Source of the DNA: the human T2T-CHM13v2.0 reference genome, Homo sapiens
NCBI RefSeq assembly: GCF_009914755.1
Contig: NC_060939.1
Strand: one strand, 5' to 3'
Length of the DNA stretch: 64,000 bases
Every line of letters begins with the position of its first letter. The stretch's first letter is position 1. The translations under genes were made by a program, and so were the position numbers. This document shows positions 1 through 17,831 of this stretch, one piece after another. Below the pieces are notes generated by a model that saw nothing but the letters and a program-made list of their open reading frames with translations, made no database searches and was not told the origin of the DNA.

Positions 1-729
1 ACAGGAGTGAGCCACCGCACCCGGCCTAGTGGATAGTGTATACTAAGCAACATATACCCTGCTTTTGCCTAGAACATACTGAAAACATGGCATTAAAAAC
101 AATCACAAAAGTTGGGAGCTGAGAAAAATCATATACTGTAAAACAAATCTGACAGATATTAATCTCAAGAAGCTCCTGAAAATGTCTCAAGAACTCCTAT
201 GTTGCACTCTCCCTAATAATTTAGACTTTCTACAGATATTTTCTGATCATCTACCGTGTGCCAGGCACCATGCCAGGTACCAAGATGCCATGGTGAGGTA
301 TACACAAAAACAGCTCCTGCTTGCAGGAAGCCTACTCTCTAAAACAGTGCTTGCCAAGCTCGACTGATCACAACTTGGGAGCTTGTTTAAGTTCCAAATC
401 GGCTTCCCTGCTTTGGTGAGCCACAATCCGTGGCATTTTTATCAGGTGCTCCCAATGATTCCTACACTCTAACGGGTTTAGGAGACAAGGGTGGGGGTAA
501 GCTCGAGAGCCCAGAGCCATCCCGTCCAGCGGGAGCCCCACCTCTAAAGTCCATGTCGCTCAGCATCCTTCCCCCTGACTAGTGGCCCAAACACAGCACG
601 AAGCTGAGGTGGGTGGAACGCTTTCCAAAACAGTGCTCTGTGATGAGCCACCGACAGACTTGCTCGCCACTGGGGACGAAGAGCTCACTCCTCACAAACC
701 CCACCCGGGAGAGGTAGCACCTGATCCTC

Positions 730-1750
730 CCGGGCTGCGCCGACACCTGTCTCCCCGCGGGTGCCGCCTACTGCTCTGGTGGACTCCAGTCCCCAGCTTC
801 CGCCCCACGGGGACTGGGGGGAGGGGGGAGGCACCGCGCGCATTAGGCGCCGACTGTATACCGACCCCCCCACCCCCGGTGTGTGCAGGCCAACACCCAT
901 ACACACCCACACACACCCACACACACTCTCGCGGAAACTGAGGCAGGCAGGCGGCCGACCAGGTCCTGTCGCCTGACGGCTCGCGGCTGGGATCGAACCC
1001 GGACTGCGAGACACCCTCCGCCTCGCAGGCGCTCCTCAGTCGCTGAGGCCCGGCCCGGCTCCCACCGCCGGAGTTTGACAAAGAAAGTCTCCCGGCCCGA
1101 GCCCCTCACGCACTCACCGGCGCCAACGCTGGCGGCGACTCGGTCTCCCGCCGCCTTCAGCTCCTTGCGGGGGTCGGCCCTTGGGCCGGCTCGGGCGCCG
1201 GCGGCGGCCACTGCTCCATATCCACGGGGTCCGGGCCGCGTCCGCCTCGAGCTAACGGTCCCACCAGCTAGGCGCGTGCGCCGGTTCCGCGCGCCATGTT
1301 CCCGCCGTGCTGCGCGCCGCCGCGGCGACCCTCACTGCCCCCCAACCGCGCACGCCCCCGCAGGCCCACACACGAACCGCGCACGCGCGCGTTCGACGCG
1401 CCCCGCTCCCCGCGCGCCCGGCCTCGGGCCCTCTGCAGCTGGCCGCTGTTCCCAGTGTCTCACCCACCCCCGCCGGAACCGTCCGACTGGGCGGGTGAGC
1501 GCGCGGTTCCCGACTCAGCACCGCCGCCTGCCTCTCTGCAGACCACCCCTGACCCGACCTCTCGGCCATTTCCCCACACTGCCCCTTTCACTTCCCCCAC
1601 GGCGCGGGGCCTAGGACGAGGGTCTGGGCCAAGAAGAACTTCCCCGCAAGAAGTGCCGAGCTAAGGACGCTACTAAGGGGGTGGGATCGCCACCGTGGAG
1701 GTGTGCAAGCACGTGCCTGCGTCCCGGTGACAGCCAGACTCAACGGAGAA
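730..1750. promoter_or_regulatory. CpG island, duplicated TTC28 promoter
   Basis: Very high GC and CpG density around the TTC28-like exon 1. YY1-like CGCCATGTT at 1292-1300 and NRF1-like GCGCGTGCGC at 1272-1281. Boundaries approximate. Confidence 0.85.
1118..1219 (-). pseudogene. TTC28: TTC28 coding exon 1 duplicate (5' fragment, nonsense at codon 21)
   Basis: ATG at 1219-1217 reads MEQWPPPAPEPAQGPTPARS*RRRETESPPALAP, then CCG|gtgagt donor (GT 1117-1116). Matches the recalled TTC28 N-terminus MEQSPPPAPEPTQGPTPARSRRRREPESPPASAP, with TGA at 1159-1157. Lies ~8 kb beyond the CHEK2 3' end on the same strand, as at the parent locus. Confidence 0.9.
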
Positions 1751-1827
1751 GCTGAGTTCAAGTCCCACATCTCCACTAACCCTTGCGTGTTAGGGTCAGG
1801 GCTTCGGGACTTGTTTCTCCTAAATCT

Positions 1828-2121
<294 letters not shown>

Positions 2122-2424
2122 TGTTTCTCCTAAATCTAAAGACTCAATATAATAATCAAGAGAACGCCTCAGCACCGCGCCTAGCACTTAGTAGGTAGTG
2201 ATCGAGAGAGAAGACCTCTTAAGTGGTTTTAATGGTTAAGGACCACAGGTTCTCAAGAAAGGGAAATCTCAATTCGAGTCCCACCTCCATCTCTTGAAAA
2301 CTGAGAAACCTGGAACAAGTCACTCAGAGGAGCCAAAGATCCTTGATTTCTACATGTGCAAAAGGGGAGTGTGGCAGTAGCACTGCACAGGGCTGACTGA
2401 GCTTTCAGGGAGATGATGACTGTA

Positions 2425-3883
<1,459 letters not shown>

Positions 3884-4198
3884 CATATCCCAGGGCCCAA
3901 TGCCTGGCACACACAAAGCTGAGTTTCACTGGTGTAATTCCAACCCTATCCATCCAAGACTCCTAAAAGTTTAATGAAAGGGTCTCTGCTCCCAAAACCC
4001 TGTGGTATAAGTAGCTGGGAGGAGTTCGCCCAATGTGGGGCTGCAAGGACTCTGTCTTCCCACATCTTTGCTTTCCTTTCTCTCCACCAAACTTCTCTGA
4101 AAACCCTAAAGTTGGCAGAAAAATGGAGAATGTTTTCCCTACTAACAAAAAGAATCTTCAAGAGTCTCTTGGAATTTGTAAATGGTTGCATTTACTAG

Positions 4199-4362
<164 letters not shown>

Positions 4363-4448
4363 TAAAGGCAGGCACCACCACACCCGGCTAATTTTTTTTG
4401 TATTTTTAGTAGAGACGGGATTTCACCATGTTGATCAGGCTGATCTCA

Positions 4449-4544
<96 letters not shown>

Positions 4545-5687
4545 TTATTCAAGTAACAAGGAAAAAAAAATAACTCCACCAAGAGTAAAACAGAAAAAAG
4601 GAACAAAACTGATAGCATGACTGAAAAGGCCTGGGGTGGTACCTCACTTCAGGCATAGCTGGATACAGGCACTTATACAAGATAAGTCTCTCTAATCTCT
4701 CAGTGCTTGCTTCCCTTTGATTACTTCATTCTCATACAGTTCTTTCCACACAGTGGCCTGAGCAGCTCCTAACTCACATCTGCCCAAGAAAGCAGAGGCT
4801 GTTCCCCAATAGTTCCAGCCAAAGTCCCAGGACTGACTTTCACTGGACCCGTTTGGGCCACATGCCCCTGCCTGAGCCAATCACCACATCCAGCCTGGCC
4901 AGACCTGGCTTTCATGAAGCCTCTTCAGGAAGCAGTTGGGGTCATCCCCTCCAGAAGGACATGGGGAAAACCAGAAAGTGGGAAGAGGGATGCTTCCTTC
5001 TGAAAAACAGGGATGCAATTACCACAAGAGGTATCAGGTACAGGGCTGGCACAAACAAGAGCTATCCACGGCACCATCATGTAGGCATGCAGCAGGTCCA
5101 CCATGAGGCAACCTGGCTGCTCCGCAAAACGGAGTCACAGTTAGTTCAGCCAATGAGAAATATCCCTCTACCTGGGTTCCCACCATTCACCCCAGGCCTG
5201 GCACGTCCCAAATTTGCTTGGTCAAAGGCAAGCAAATTACCCGCCTTTTATGCTGTACAAAAAGCTGAAAAGATTATCTTACTTCTCTGGCTCAAGAAAT
5301 TTCTATGACTCCCTCTGGCTACTTATGTGGCTCCCCCACCCTTAATGATAGAAGCCAACATTCATGAATCCCTTACCACACGCCAGGTACCTTATGGACC
5401 TGCCTCCTCCAAACAGCATAGAAGAGCTTGGTACTCTTACCGCACCCATTTTATAAATATGGAAACAAAGGCTCAGCAATTTGAGGTAATTTACCCAGAG
5501 CCAAAGTTAGGAAGTGCAGAGTTCAGATTAGCACAATATTGTTCCCGCCATTGCCATCCCAGCTCCATTTGTTCATGTTTCAAAGTCCTACACCCACCTC
5601 TAGCTAGGGGCTGGTGGGAACAGCTCCACGGCAGAAGAAGCCTCTAGGAGCCCCTTCAGCTTCTGCAGTGGTGGGGCTGGGGAGTAG

Positions 5688-6029
<342 letters not shown>

Positions 6030-6139
6030 TAATGGGATAGGGAAAAGAATTCCTCCAAGATAAAATTGGAGTGAGGTTAGGAGAGGAAATAGGTGCTTGG
6101 TAGCCTTAAATCAGCAGCTGATTTCTCCCATTGGTGAGT

Positions 6140-7305
6140 CAATTAGTTTTCTATGGCTGCTGTAACAAATTACAACGAACTGATTGGCTTACAACACAGG
6201 CTTAATATCTTATTGTTCTATAGGTCAGAAGCCTCAAATCAGTTTCACTTGGCTAAAGTCAAGTTGTAAAGGACTGATTCCTTCAGGAGGTTCTGAAGGG
6301 AAAACCCATTTTCTTGCCTTTTTCTGCTTTTAGTGGTTACCTATATTCCCTGGATTGTGGCCCTTTCCTCCATTTTTAAAGCACACCACTCCAATCTCTG
6401 CACAGTCTATGGTTTGAATGTGTCCCCCAAAGTTCATGTGCTGGAAATTTAATCTCTAATGCAACAGTGTTGAGAGGTGGGACCTTTAAGAGGAGATTAG
6501 GTCATGAAAGATCTGCCCTCATTAATAGAGTAATGATGTTATCTCAGCAGAGTGTTAATTATCATGGGGATGGGTTCCTAATAAAAGGATTGAGTTCAGC
6601 CCCCTTTCTCTCTTGATGTGACACCTTCCATCATGGGATGACACAGCAAGAAGACCCTCACCAGAAGCAGGCCCCTTGATCTTGACATTCCCAGCCTCCA
6701 GAACTGTAAGAAATAAACCTGTTATTTATAAATTACCCAGTCTCAGATATTGCATAGCAATACAAAAAAGACTAAGACACTCAGTCATCATCTCATTGCC
6801 ATCTCCCCTGACTGCTGAGTCCCTCTTAAAAGAGCACTGTAGGCTGGATGTGGTGGCTCACACCTGTAATCCCAGCACTTTGGGAGGCCAAGGTGGGCAG
6901 AACACGAGGTCAGCAGTTCGAGACTAGCCTGGCCAACATGGTGAAACCCCATCTCTACTGGAAAAACAAAAATTAGCTGGGCATGTTGGCGAGCGCCTGT
7001 AATCCAGCTACTTGGGAGGCTGAGGTAAGAGAATCGCTTGAACCTTGGGAGATGGAGTTGCAGTGAGCCGAAATTGTGCCATTGCACTCCAGCCTGGGCA
7101 CCAAGAGCAAAAAACTCTGTCTCAAAAAAAAAAAAAAAAAAAGCACTGTGATGGGACTCTGGGCCCATAGGCAACATAGGATAAGCTCCCATCTCAAGAT
7201 GCTTAATCACATCTGCAAAGTCCCTTTTGTCATGGAAAGGAACATAGTCACAGATTCTGGGGATTAAGTTGAGGACACTTTGGAGGGGCCATTATTCAGC
7301 CTACC
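6140..7305. mobile_element. Nested MaLR LTRs: MLT1-type LTR interrupted by an MST LTR (~6405-6779) and an Alu (~6842-7142)
   Basis: MLT1-type start ATTAGTTTTCTATGGCTGCTGTAACAAATTAC; MST-type TATGGTTTGAATGTGTCCCCCAAAGTTCATG...CTAAGACA; MLT1 sequence resumes after the Alu. Confidence 0.7.
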
Positions 7306-7388
7306 ATGGAAGATATCATGAGAGGGAGTTAATACAAAATGCTCTAGAAACAGAGAAGGGCGGCCGGGCATGGTAGCTCATGCCTCTA

Positions 7389-7757
<369 letters not shown>

Positions 7758-8946
7758 CTAGGGCAATCTCAGCCTTATTCCTTTAAACATGCAAACCAAC
7801 TAAATTCCCAACAAACCCCCTACACCAGGCCAGCCAAGTCTCAGAATGCTTATATACCCTTTAATAGAAATTTCCAACCACATCCCCATTTCCTAAGGAA
7901 ATGGCTGTGTGCCCTTGATTCTGCCCTGACTGAATCGCCAGTGGCCATTGAACCACGGCACTCAATTCATGGCATGGCCAGCGAGCTACAAAGTGTCCTA
8001 GCATCAACCAAGCAAAGTTATAAAAGCAGATTCAGTGGACAATAAGGAACATTAGAGTCAAAAAGACCTGGGTTGGGTCCCAGCTCTGCCATTTACCAGC
8101 TGTGCGACATCAGAAAAGTTACCTTCGTCCTCTAACTTTGGTTTCCTCACCTGTGACATGACAGTGGCTAGAGGACCTCACTCATAAAATCACTGTGAGG
8201 ACAAGAGCAGCCAAGGGTAAGTCTTTGCACAGGGCTTCCCTGGTCATTATTGGGTCAACAAGACAGAACCATGCCTTATCTCCACTTCCAAAACCCAAAC
8301 AGCTCTCAAAAACGAGTCATTGTAGCTCATTTGGAAGAAAAGACTGATATGAATCAATATGCAACTACCTATAATCTTTCTCTATCCCTCTTGCTGTGAA
8401 TATTTGCTGTGGAAATATTAACATGTTTGGTCTCCACTGGGGTAGGACTCCACATGTGTAGGACTCCGCTGAGGTGCTACACATACACATAGTAGATATG
8501 CCTTACCACCTTCCTAAAATTGGGTAATTAAATTTCACAACTTATCTAGCCCAAAGGTTTCAGAGACTGTAGACCTGTATCTTTATGAGGGCAAGGATGA
8601 GAATATAACCTGGCCTGTTATTATGCACCAAGGTACCTGCTGTTCTCATGAAGATGTCAGCAGCCAGCCAGCCAGTCTCTACAAACTCCACCCCCAACCT
8701 TGCTATGCTCCTTTCCCCGGAACTTTCCAAGGGGCCCTTAGAATTTGTATTCAGCTCTCACAGGCTGAGACCAGGGTGACATCCTGGGAAACCTGCCTAG
8801 TGATAGCCAAGGTGTAGCTCCAGATGAAAGGCACACAACAACTTTAAATATAAAAAAGCCATTCAGGCTAGGCGCAGTGGCTCACGTGTGTAATCCCAGC
8901 ACTTTGAGAGACCGAGGCAGGTGGATCACCTGAGATCAGAAGTTCA

Positions 8947-9171
<225 letters not shown>

Positions 9172-9209
9172 TCAACTAAAGAACCGATTATCAAGCAGAA
9201 GCACAAAGC

Positions 9210-9491
<282 letters not shown>

Positions 9492-9968
9492 TCACTGGCT
9501 TCTTTAAGATTATCAAAGTTCCTCAATATACTTCCAGTAAAGTGGGGGCATTTGATGTGAAATTCTAGTACCAAAAATTACTGGTCGTCATCATTGACAA
9601 CTGAGTCCTCACCACAGCCCGCAACTCAGACATGCTTATCTAATAGGTATTTCTCTCCCTATGGCTTCTGACCTCTGAACGATGTATACTGAAAGCAAGT
9701 AGCATAACCAACTTCCTCTTGATCGTCCTCTTCTAAATATCAAGTTTAAAAGGACTATAATACCTCTCAGTTGAAGCCCCAAGTCTTGGTCTTTTGCGGG
9801 AAGACAACCTTTGTGCCTTAGTTGTTTTCCCATATATAAAATTGGGAGGAAGGCTGGGTGCGGTGACTCACGCCTGTAATCCCAGCACTTTGGGAAGCCG
9901 AGGTGGGCAGGTCGCTTCAGGTCAAAAGTTCGAGACAAGCCTGACCAACATGGCAAAACCCCATCTCA

Positions 9969-10118
<150 letters not shown>

Positions 10119-10554
10119 CTAAGACTCTGTCTCAAGAAAATAAAAATCGGGGCAGCGGGGAGGAAACAGTGGGAAAAAGGACAGCTACCATTCAACAACA
10201 ACAACAACAACAAAGTAGGACTGGAATTAACTTATACTCACAAAGAACTTTAAAGAATAAACTTGTAATCAAGGAATCAACTACTGACCCAAATTTTAAT
10301 TTTTCCAACAAATTTATATTTGAGCCCCTAATAGAGTCTTTCGAAATTGCCTTGCAGGTGACCTTTTGGATGACAATCCCTAGCTGTGCTTATCTGTCTA
10401 TTATGTGTTAGATATTAAACATATCCTGCGTTTTTAAATCTAAGGGTGCTGGAGTGAATCAAGTTCAAACAGAGTTTCTACTACATTATAACTGAAACAA
10501 TGTTAAGCAATTGCTACTCAGGAAAATCTTGAATTTCATCATCTTTGCTTATCA

Positions 10555-10734
<180 letters not shown>

Positions 10735-11523
10735 CTAGAATGACAGGGCTAGCATGCCTCTGTGGAAAGAGGGAGGAAAAGATGTCCGTCCAAGAATCAT
10801 CCCCTTGATGAAGCTCCCACAGTGAAGGCATTATGTGTTGCCCCCCTCTACCTTCCCACAGGAGTCCAATCAGCAGTCAATGCTCCATCGATCCTGGCTG
10901 AGTCACATCCACATGCCTAAAAGCTCTCAGTGGGTCAATCACAGCCTCCAGCAGTCAAGAGTTTCTGAATTAGCATCCCAGATCCTGAGAAAGGTGACAA
11001 TCAGGGGGCCAGGGGCTGGGTCTCACTCCGTGCAGCTCCTCAAATCCTTCCAGGACCGCTCTCCACCTGCTGCCCCTGCCATGAATGAGGCCAGTCACCC
11101 AGGCTGTCTTAACAACCAGCCCAGCACCCTAGGAAAATTCACCCAGCAGATGCCATAGAAATTTTCAGAAGTACTTAAGCCCACAGTATCCCAGAGTTCA
11201 GGTCTAATGAGAAAGGGAGACAATAAACAGAACAAAGCATTACAGGTGTTTCATGCTGCAGGAGCGGGAGATGAGCAGGGCACAGACAGTGTGTATACGG
11301 GTAGCTCCCACCTCTCTGGATGCTCACTTCTGCAGGGTTCAAGGATTTGCATTAGGAAACCCTGAGAGGTGGTCCGGTGCAGCTCTCCCCATCTTCAGCA
11401 AGGTGAAAGGAACATCTATATCTAGTAATGTGGCCTTTGAGTGCTGGCCAGAAGCCCAGCTCAGCCACTCACAGGTGGCATGTGCGGAATACAGACCCAG
11501 AGTTATCTGATTCCAGTGCCTCA

Positions 11524-11787
<264 letters not shown>

Positions 11788-12230
11788 TTAGGCCAGGCAT
11801 GGAGGCTCACGCCTGTAATCCCAGCACTTTGGGAGGCCAAGGTGGGTGAATCACCTGAGGTCGGAAGTTTAAGATCAGCCTGGCTAACATGGTTAAACCC
11901 CATCTCTACTAAAAATACAAAATTAGCCAGGCGTGGTAGTGCATGCCTGTAATCCCAGCTACTCAGGAGGCTGAGGCAGGAGAATCACTTGAACTCGAGA
12001 GGCGGAGGTTGCAGTAAGACAGGATCACACCACTGCACTCCAGCCTGGGCAAAAGAGTACGACTCTGTCTCCAAAAAAAAAAAAAAAAATTAAATTAGCC
12101 AGACATGGTGGCATGCACCTGTAGTCTCAGCTACTTGGGAGGCTGGGGCAGGAGGATCACTTGAGCCTGAAAGTCATGGTGCAGTGATCATGCCACTGCA
12201 CTCCAGCCTAGGTGAGACAGCAAGACCCTG

Positions 12231-12350
12231 AGGAAGGAAGGAAGGAAAGAAGCAAGGAAGGAAAAAGGGAGGGGGGATGAAAGAGGGGAGGAAAAAGGAA
12301 TGGAGGAGAGGGGAGGGGGAAGGAAGGAGGAAGAAAGAGAAAGAAAGAAG
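12231..12350. repeat. GA-rich low-complexity tract, (GGAA)n-like
   Basis: AGGAAGGAAGGAAGGAAAGAAG... derived from an Alu tail. Confidence 0.8.
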
Positions 12351-14154
12351 GACCAGGCACAGTGGCTCACACCTGTAATCCCAGCACTTTGGGAGGCCAA
12401 GGCAGGGCAGAACACTTGAGTTCACCATGTTTTGAGTTTCTCAGTGTAGCTCCCCATTGCCATTTGACAGCAGCAAGCTCATCTGGATTCCTCTCCCCAC
12501 CCTCTCACGGCTTTACTTAGGATCTCAATTATCTTGCAGTGTCACTCTCAAAAGTCCATCTCTTGGCAGCCCTTCAGTGAAGCCAAACAGAGTGGTCACA
12601 AGCCTAATCAGGCCTATATTTAAAACAAGTCATCAGGTCAGGCACAGTGCTCATGCCTGGAATCCCAGCACTGTGGGAGGCCAAGGTGGGTGGATCACCT
12701 GAGGTCAGGAGTTCGAGACTAGTCTGACCAACATGGTGAAACCCCATCTCTACTAAAAATACAAAAATGAGCTGGGCATGGTGGCAGGCACCTGTAATCC
12801 CAGCTACTTGGGAGGCTGATGCAGGAGAATCACTTGAACCCAGAGATGGAGGTCGCAGTGAGCTGAGATCACACCATTGCACTCCAGCCTGGTAGACAAA
12901 AGCAAGACTCCATCTCAAAAAAGGAAATAAATAAATAAACATTGATTTTCTTCATGATGTCTACAATTATTCCAAAATATTAAATTAGCTAGGAACAGTG
13001 GCTCATGCCTATTATCCAAGCACTTTATGAGGCTGAGGCGGGAGGATCCCTTAAGGCCAGGAGGTCGAGGCTGCAGTGAGCTATAATTGCACCAGTGCAC
13101 TCCAGTTTAGGGAACAGAAGAAGACCTTGTCTCCAACAATAAATAAAATAAAAATTAAATTATAATATCCCTTGAAAGCAAACAGAAGAAATCCTCTATT
13201 TCAGGCAGTAAATATGAAGCAGAGAGTAGATGTAAGGGATGCTCCCAAAACTGGCCATTCTGTTAATGACAAAACAGAGACCAGAATCCACATTCCCAAC
13301 ACTCAGTCCAGCGCCAGACCCACAAAACCATTTGGTTTTTGCAAAAACACTGAATTTTCCCAAAATAAAACCCAAACTATCACTAACAGATGTTTTAGAT
13401 GGTCAGTCTTCATCCTTGTCTTCATTCAATGCTCATTCCTCCTTTTACTGCAAAAACAAAAGGTGGCTAAAAGAGTGTTCCAGGGAGATCCTGCAACGGA
13501 GTTGAACTTCACCTTCTCCTTGGTTGTTAATAAGTTTTCTTTGAGACAAAGAAGTACAAGAAAAATAGGCTACGCTTGCTCATAAATTTCAGGCAGATGC
13601 AAACCCTGTTCCCAGGCTCAACAGGCCAGCTCTATTTTTTTGCTAGAGATGAACACAGCTCCTGTACCTCTACATTTAGACCCAAGAGTTTCCCTATTAG
13701 GACACATGAAAAGAGCCAAAAGACATGTTTCTCTTTCTCATCAAAATTAAAATCCCCACATGCAAAGGCACCCTTTGTTTCCAAACCCCTTTCCTCCAGG
13801 GTCCCGCTGTTTCAAATCTCTGTGGTCTATTAAATGCTAAATCATCTGACAGATTTCTTCTGGGGAGACTATAGTTTCCAGGGCAACATCCAAAACACAT
13901 ATATATATATATCTGTCTTTTTTTTTAAGTTTTTGTTGTTCTCAACCTGAGCTGGCCTGAGCAAAACTGTTAGGTGTAGAGGATTAGAACAGAGAACGGG
14001 GACAGTCTTCCCAGAGTTCCAGAAGTACGGGGCTGAGGCTGGATTGCCCAAGGAGTTCCTGGACCAGTAATCCCCAGAGAAACAGCATTTAGCTCAAGTA
14101 ACAGCCTCTAGCTCAAGCTACCAGTTCTGTCCCCCATCTCCACAGAAAGCGGAT

Positions 14155-14516
14155 TGATACAGTTTGGCTTTGTGTCCCTACCCAAATCTCATCTCAAATT
14201 GTAATCTCCAGGTGTTGAGAAAGGGACCTGTTGAGAGGGGATTGGCTCATGGGGGCAGTTTCCCCCAGGCTATTCTCATGATAGTGAGTTCTCATGAGAT
14301 CTGACAGTTTCATAAGAGGCTCTTCGCCCTTCACTTCCTTCACAAGCTCTCTCACCTGCTGCCACTAAGACATGCCTTCTACCCCTTCCACCATGATTGT
14401 AAGTTTCCTGAGGCCTCCCCAGCCATGTGGAGCTGTGAGTCAAGTAAACCTCTTTTCTTTATAAATTACCAAGTCTTGGGCAGTTCTTTATAGCAGTGTG
14501 AGAACAGACTAATACA
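14155..14516 (+). mobile_element. THE1 (THE1C/D-like) solo LTR in CHEK2 intron 13
   Basis: TGATACAGTTTGGCTTTGTGTCCCTACCCAAATCTCATCTC...CCATGATTGTAAGTTTCCTGAGGCCTCCCCAGCCATG...AGACTAATACA, ~360 bp, TG...CA ends. Confidence 0.85.
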
Positions 14517-14903
14517 CAGACCAAAAGAAAATTAATAGAAAGGGGCATGGCTGTACTGAATGGAACTGCTCGTTACAGAAGACCAGACATCTATCAGAAA
14601 AACCTGCCCAATGCCGTAGCTAATTCCAAAACTAAAGATTAACCCAGCAAAGCCACAACGTACTTCCAACTCTTGGCAGTTCCAAATGAGGTCAGCATTT
14701 AATAATGGCAGCCCCAACCCCTAGCAGGAGTACAGCAGTAACACAGATGAAAGGTGCAGGTGACAGCCTTCACTAAGGACACATTTACTCACCTGAATGA
14801 ACAAGCAGTGGGACCCTTTATACCGAGTCACTTGGGCTTGAGAAATAGCTGGATTCTCCCCAGGGAGGCTGCCCTCCTCCCCCTCCCCCACTTCCCTGAT
14901 TTA

Positions 14904-15359
<456 letters not shown>

Positions 15360-15456
15360 TCAACAAAGTAAACATGTTTCTGTCCTCTGTCTCATGTCTC
15401 TCAGGCAGCAGGGCTTCCCATGTATTTTATGCTAGCAGGCACTGTCCCACACCCAC

Positions 15457-15541
15457 CTGAAGCCACAGTGTCTTAAGGCTTCTTCTGTTGTAAAACATGC
15501 CTTTGGATCCACTACCAACAACTTCTTGACAAGGTCCAGAG
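15457..15541 (-). pseudogene. CHEK2: CHEK2 exon 13 copy (85 nt; 1-nt deletion frameshift)
   Basis: tttag|CTCTGGACCTTG...TTCAG|gtgggt; [25 protein letters not shown], then CAC-TG-TGG in place of CAC-CCG-TGG (~15466). Confidence 0.92.
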
Positions 15542-16549
15542 CTAAAGCAACAATTGGGCAAATCACAGTGAAAAGGATAAATATATTATCAGTAACAGTA
15601 TGCCAGAATTAACAGGCCACCATCCAGAAAGAGCAGAGAGGGTCTGAGATCGTCAGGGAGTCAGCAGACAGGGCCCCCTAATCTTCCTCACTCTCTGTAT
15701 TCAGAGTACTGTGAGAAGACCAGGAATGATAATGACACTCCCTGTCTCCTGTTGCTGGGACATCAGTCACGACCTCTTCGCTGCCTGTTCCCTCTCTTGT
15801 TGTTAGACTCAAGGTCAAACTAATTAAAGCTAAACTTCTACCCAATTCTAAGATAATTGGGATGCACAGCAAACTCTCCCTGACATCTACAGATGGATGG
15901 GTGACAGTTACTCAGCCAGGGAGAGGCTCCCTGGAACTGCAGACTTGTCAGAAATAAAACTTGACTACTCCAGCAAGCAACAAATGCATGCTGGCCTGTA
16001 TATCACAACATTATTATTCCTGAAATATTCTGACATTTAACACAATTACCTATGTTACGTTATTTGACATTTAATTTTCTATTTTCTCTTCAGGGAACTA
16101 AAGTTGCCAGGACAAATTATAAAATACAAGGTAACTAAAGACATATAGTTTTTACACGCTTGCTTACTCAAAGGAAACCTTGTAACTAAAAAGTTACAAA
16201 TGCATTTATTTTGCTCAGTAAAATAGGTACAAGGCACTTGTTTACATTATACCTAACCCTCAAAAAACCTTTTAAGGTAGGGATTATTGAGGGTCCCTTT
16301 ACACAGAAAGAAATTGGAGACGGAGGTTAAATAACTTGCCTAAGGCCACACAGCTAAGTAGTAGCAGACCCAGGACCTGAGTGCATGCTCTTAATAATTT
16401 CCAGTGCCTCTCAAATGGTGTGAAACTAACGATAGAAAATAAGAACAGAATTGACAGGAGAAAACACCATGGAATTTGGAAAGAAACTCCCACCACAGGA
16501 CACACACATTTTAGCATACCACAAATTCTTAACCCTTTCATATTCATAC

Positions 16550-16665
16550 CTTTCTCTGAGACTTCTGCCCAGACTTTAGGAATGAAGTTGTGTTTTCCAC
16601 TGGTGATCTGGTCCTTCAGTGACACTTGAGTCCTGTGCTCAGAGAAAGGTGGATACCCACTAAGG
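16550..16665 (-). pseudogene. CHEK2: CHEK2 exon 12 copy (116 nt)
   Basis: taag|CCTTAGTGGG...GAGAAAG|gtatga; [38 protein letters not shown], visible inside ORF 16299..16721. Confidence 0.94.
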
Positions 16666-16778
16666 CTTAATATTGGTAGAGAGAGAAAGGAAAAGAAATC
16701 AAGTGGCATTCTCAGTGGCATTCAGATATAAAGACTTCTTTTTCAGCATAATGAAAAGTCAGATTTTTCTTTAAATCA

Positions 16779-16970
<192 letters not shown>

Positions 16971-17131
16971 TCAGGAGGCTGAGATGGGAGGATCACTTGA
17001 CCCAGAAGGCAGAGGCTACAGTTAGCCAAGATCAAGCCACTGCATGCCAGCCTGGACAACAGAGCAAGACACATTTGTGACTTCATCTAATCACCTCCTA
17101 CCAGTCTGTGAAGCAATGAAAATATTTCTTA

Positions 17132-17296
<165 letters not shown>

Positions 17297-17794
17297 CTAA
17301 AATTCAGTACAAAAGGGAATAATGTTGAACTTGTCATAAAATAAAAAGATTAACATAGTCTGCCAGTCCAAGAAGACATGTAGGCTAGATCAGTTTCTAT
17401 TGTACAATTCACACCTGCCATTAATCTGGAATCTACAGATTCATGTCTTTGCAAGTTAAGACATTTAACTTTGGTTAAATTAAAATTCCTGAGCCTAGGA
17501 ATCTCAACACTCAGGCTTTCCAACTTAATCTATGTCCTCTGTAATCTTACAAAAAGCTTATTACCTTTATCACAGACACTTCAGGATTCTCATTAGTTCT
17601 ACATGGTTCTTAGACCCCACTGTCTCAAACTTGGCTGTGCTATGGAATACCTGGGGAGCTTGGAAACACGTGCTTATACCTGAGTGCCACTCTCAGGTTC
17701 TGAGGTAAAGCCTAGGTGTCATAAATTCTAACAAGAGATTCTAAAGTGATGCCAGGCTTGATAAACAGGGAAAGGGAGGGCATGTGATTACACT

Positions 17795-17816
17795 CATTCA
17801 TTCATTCATTCATTCA
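17795..17816. repeat. (CATT)n microsatellite at the end of the CHEK2 duplicon
   Basis: CATTCATTCATTCATTCATTCA directly left of the TAR1 fragment; may be an old L2 tail. Confidence 0.85.
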
Positions 17817-17831
17817 CCTATTCTGCCCAAA

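Noticed and set aside
582-1776. Overlapping 100-243 aa ORFs in the CpG island
   Set aside because: GC-rich DNA has few stops. Only the short TTC28 frame (1219-1118) has recognisable homology.
1776-1801. Telomere-like CTAACCC...TTAGGGTCAGGG
   Set aside because: Only two hexamers; compatible with chance and not an interstitial telomere array.
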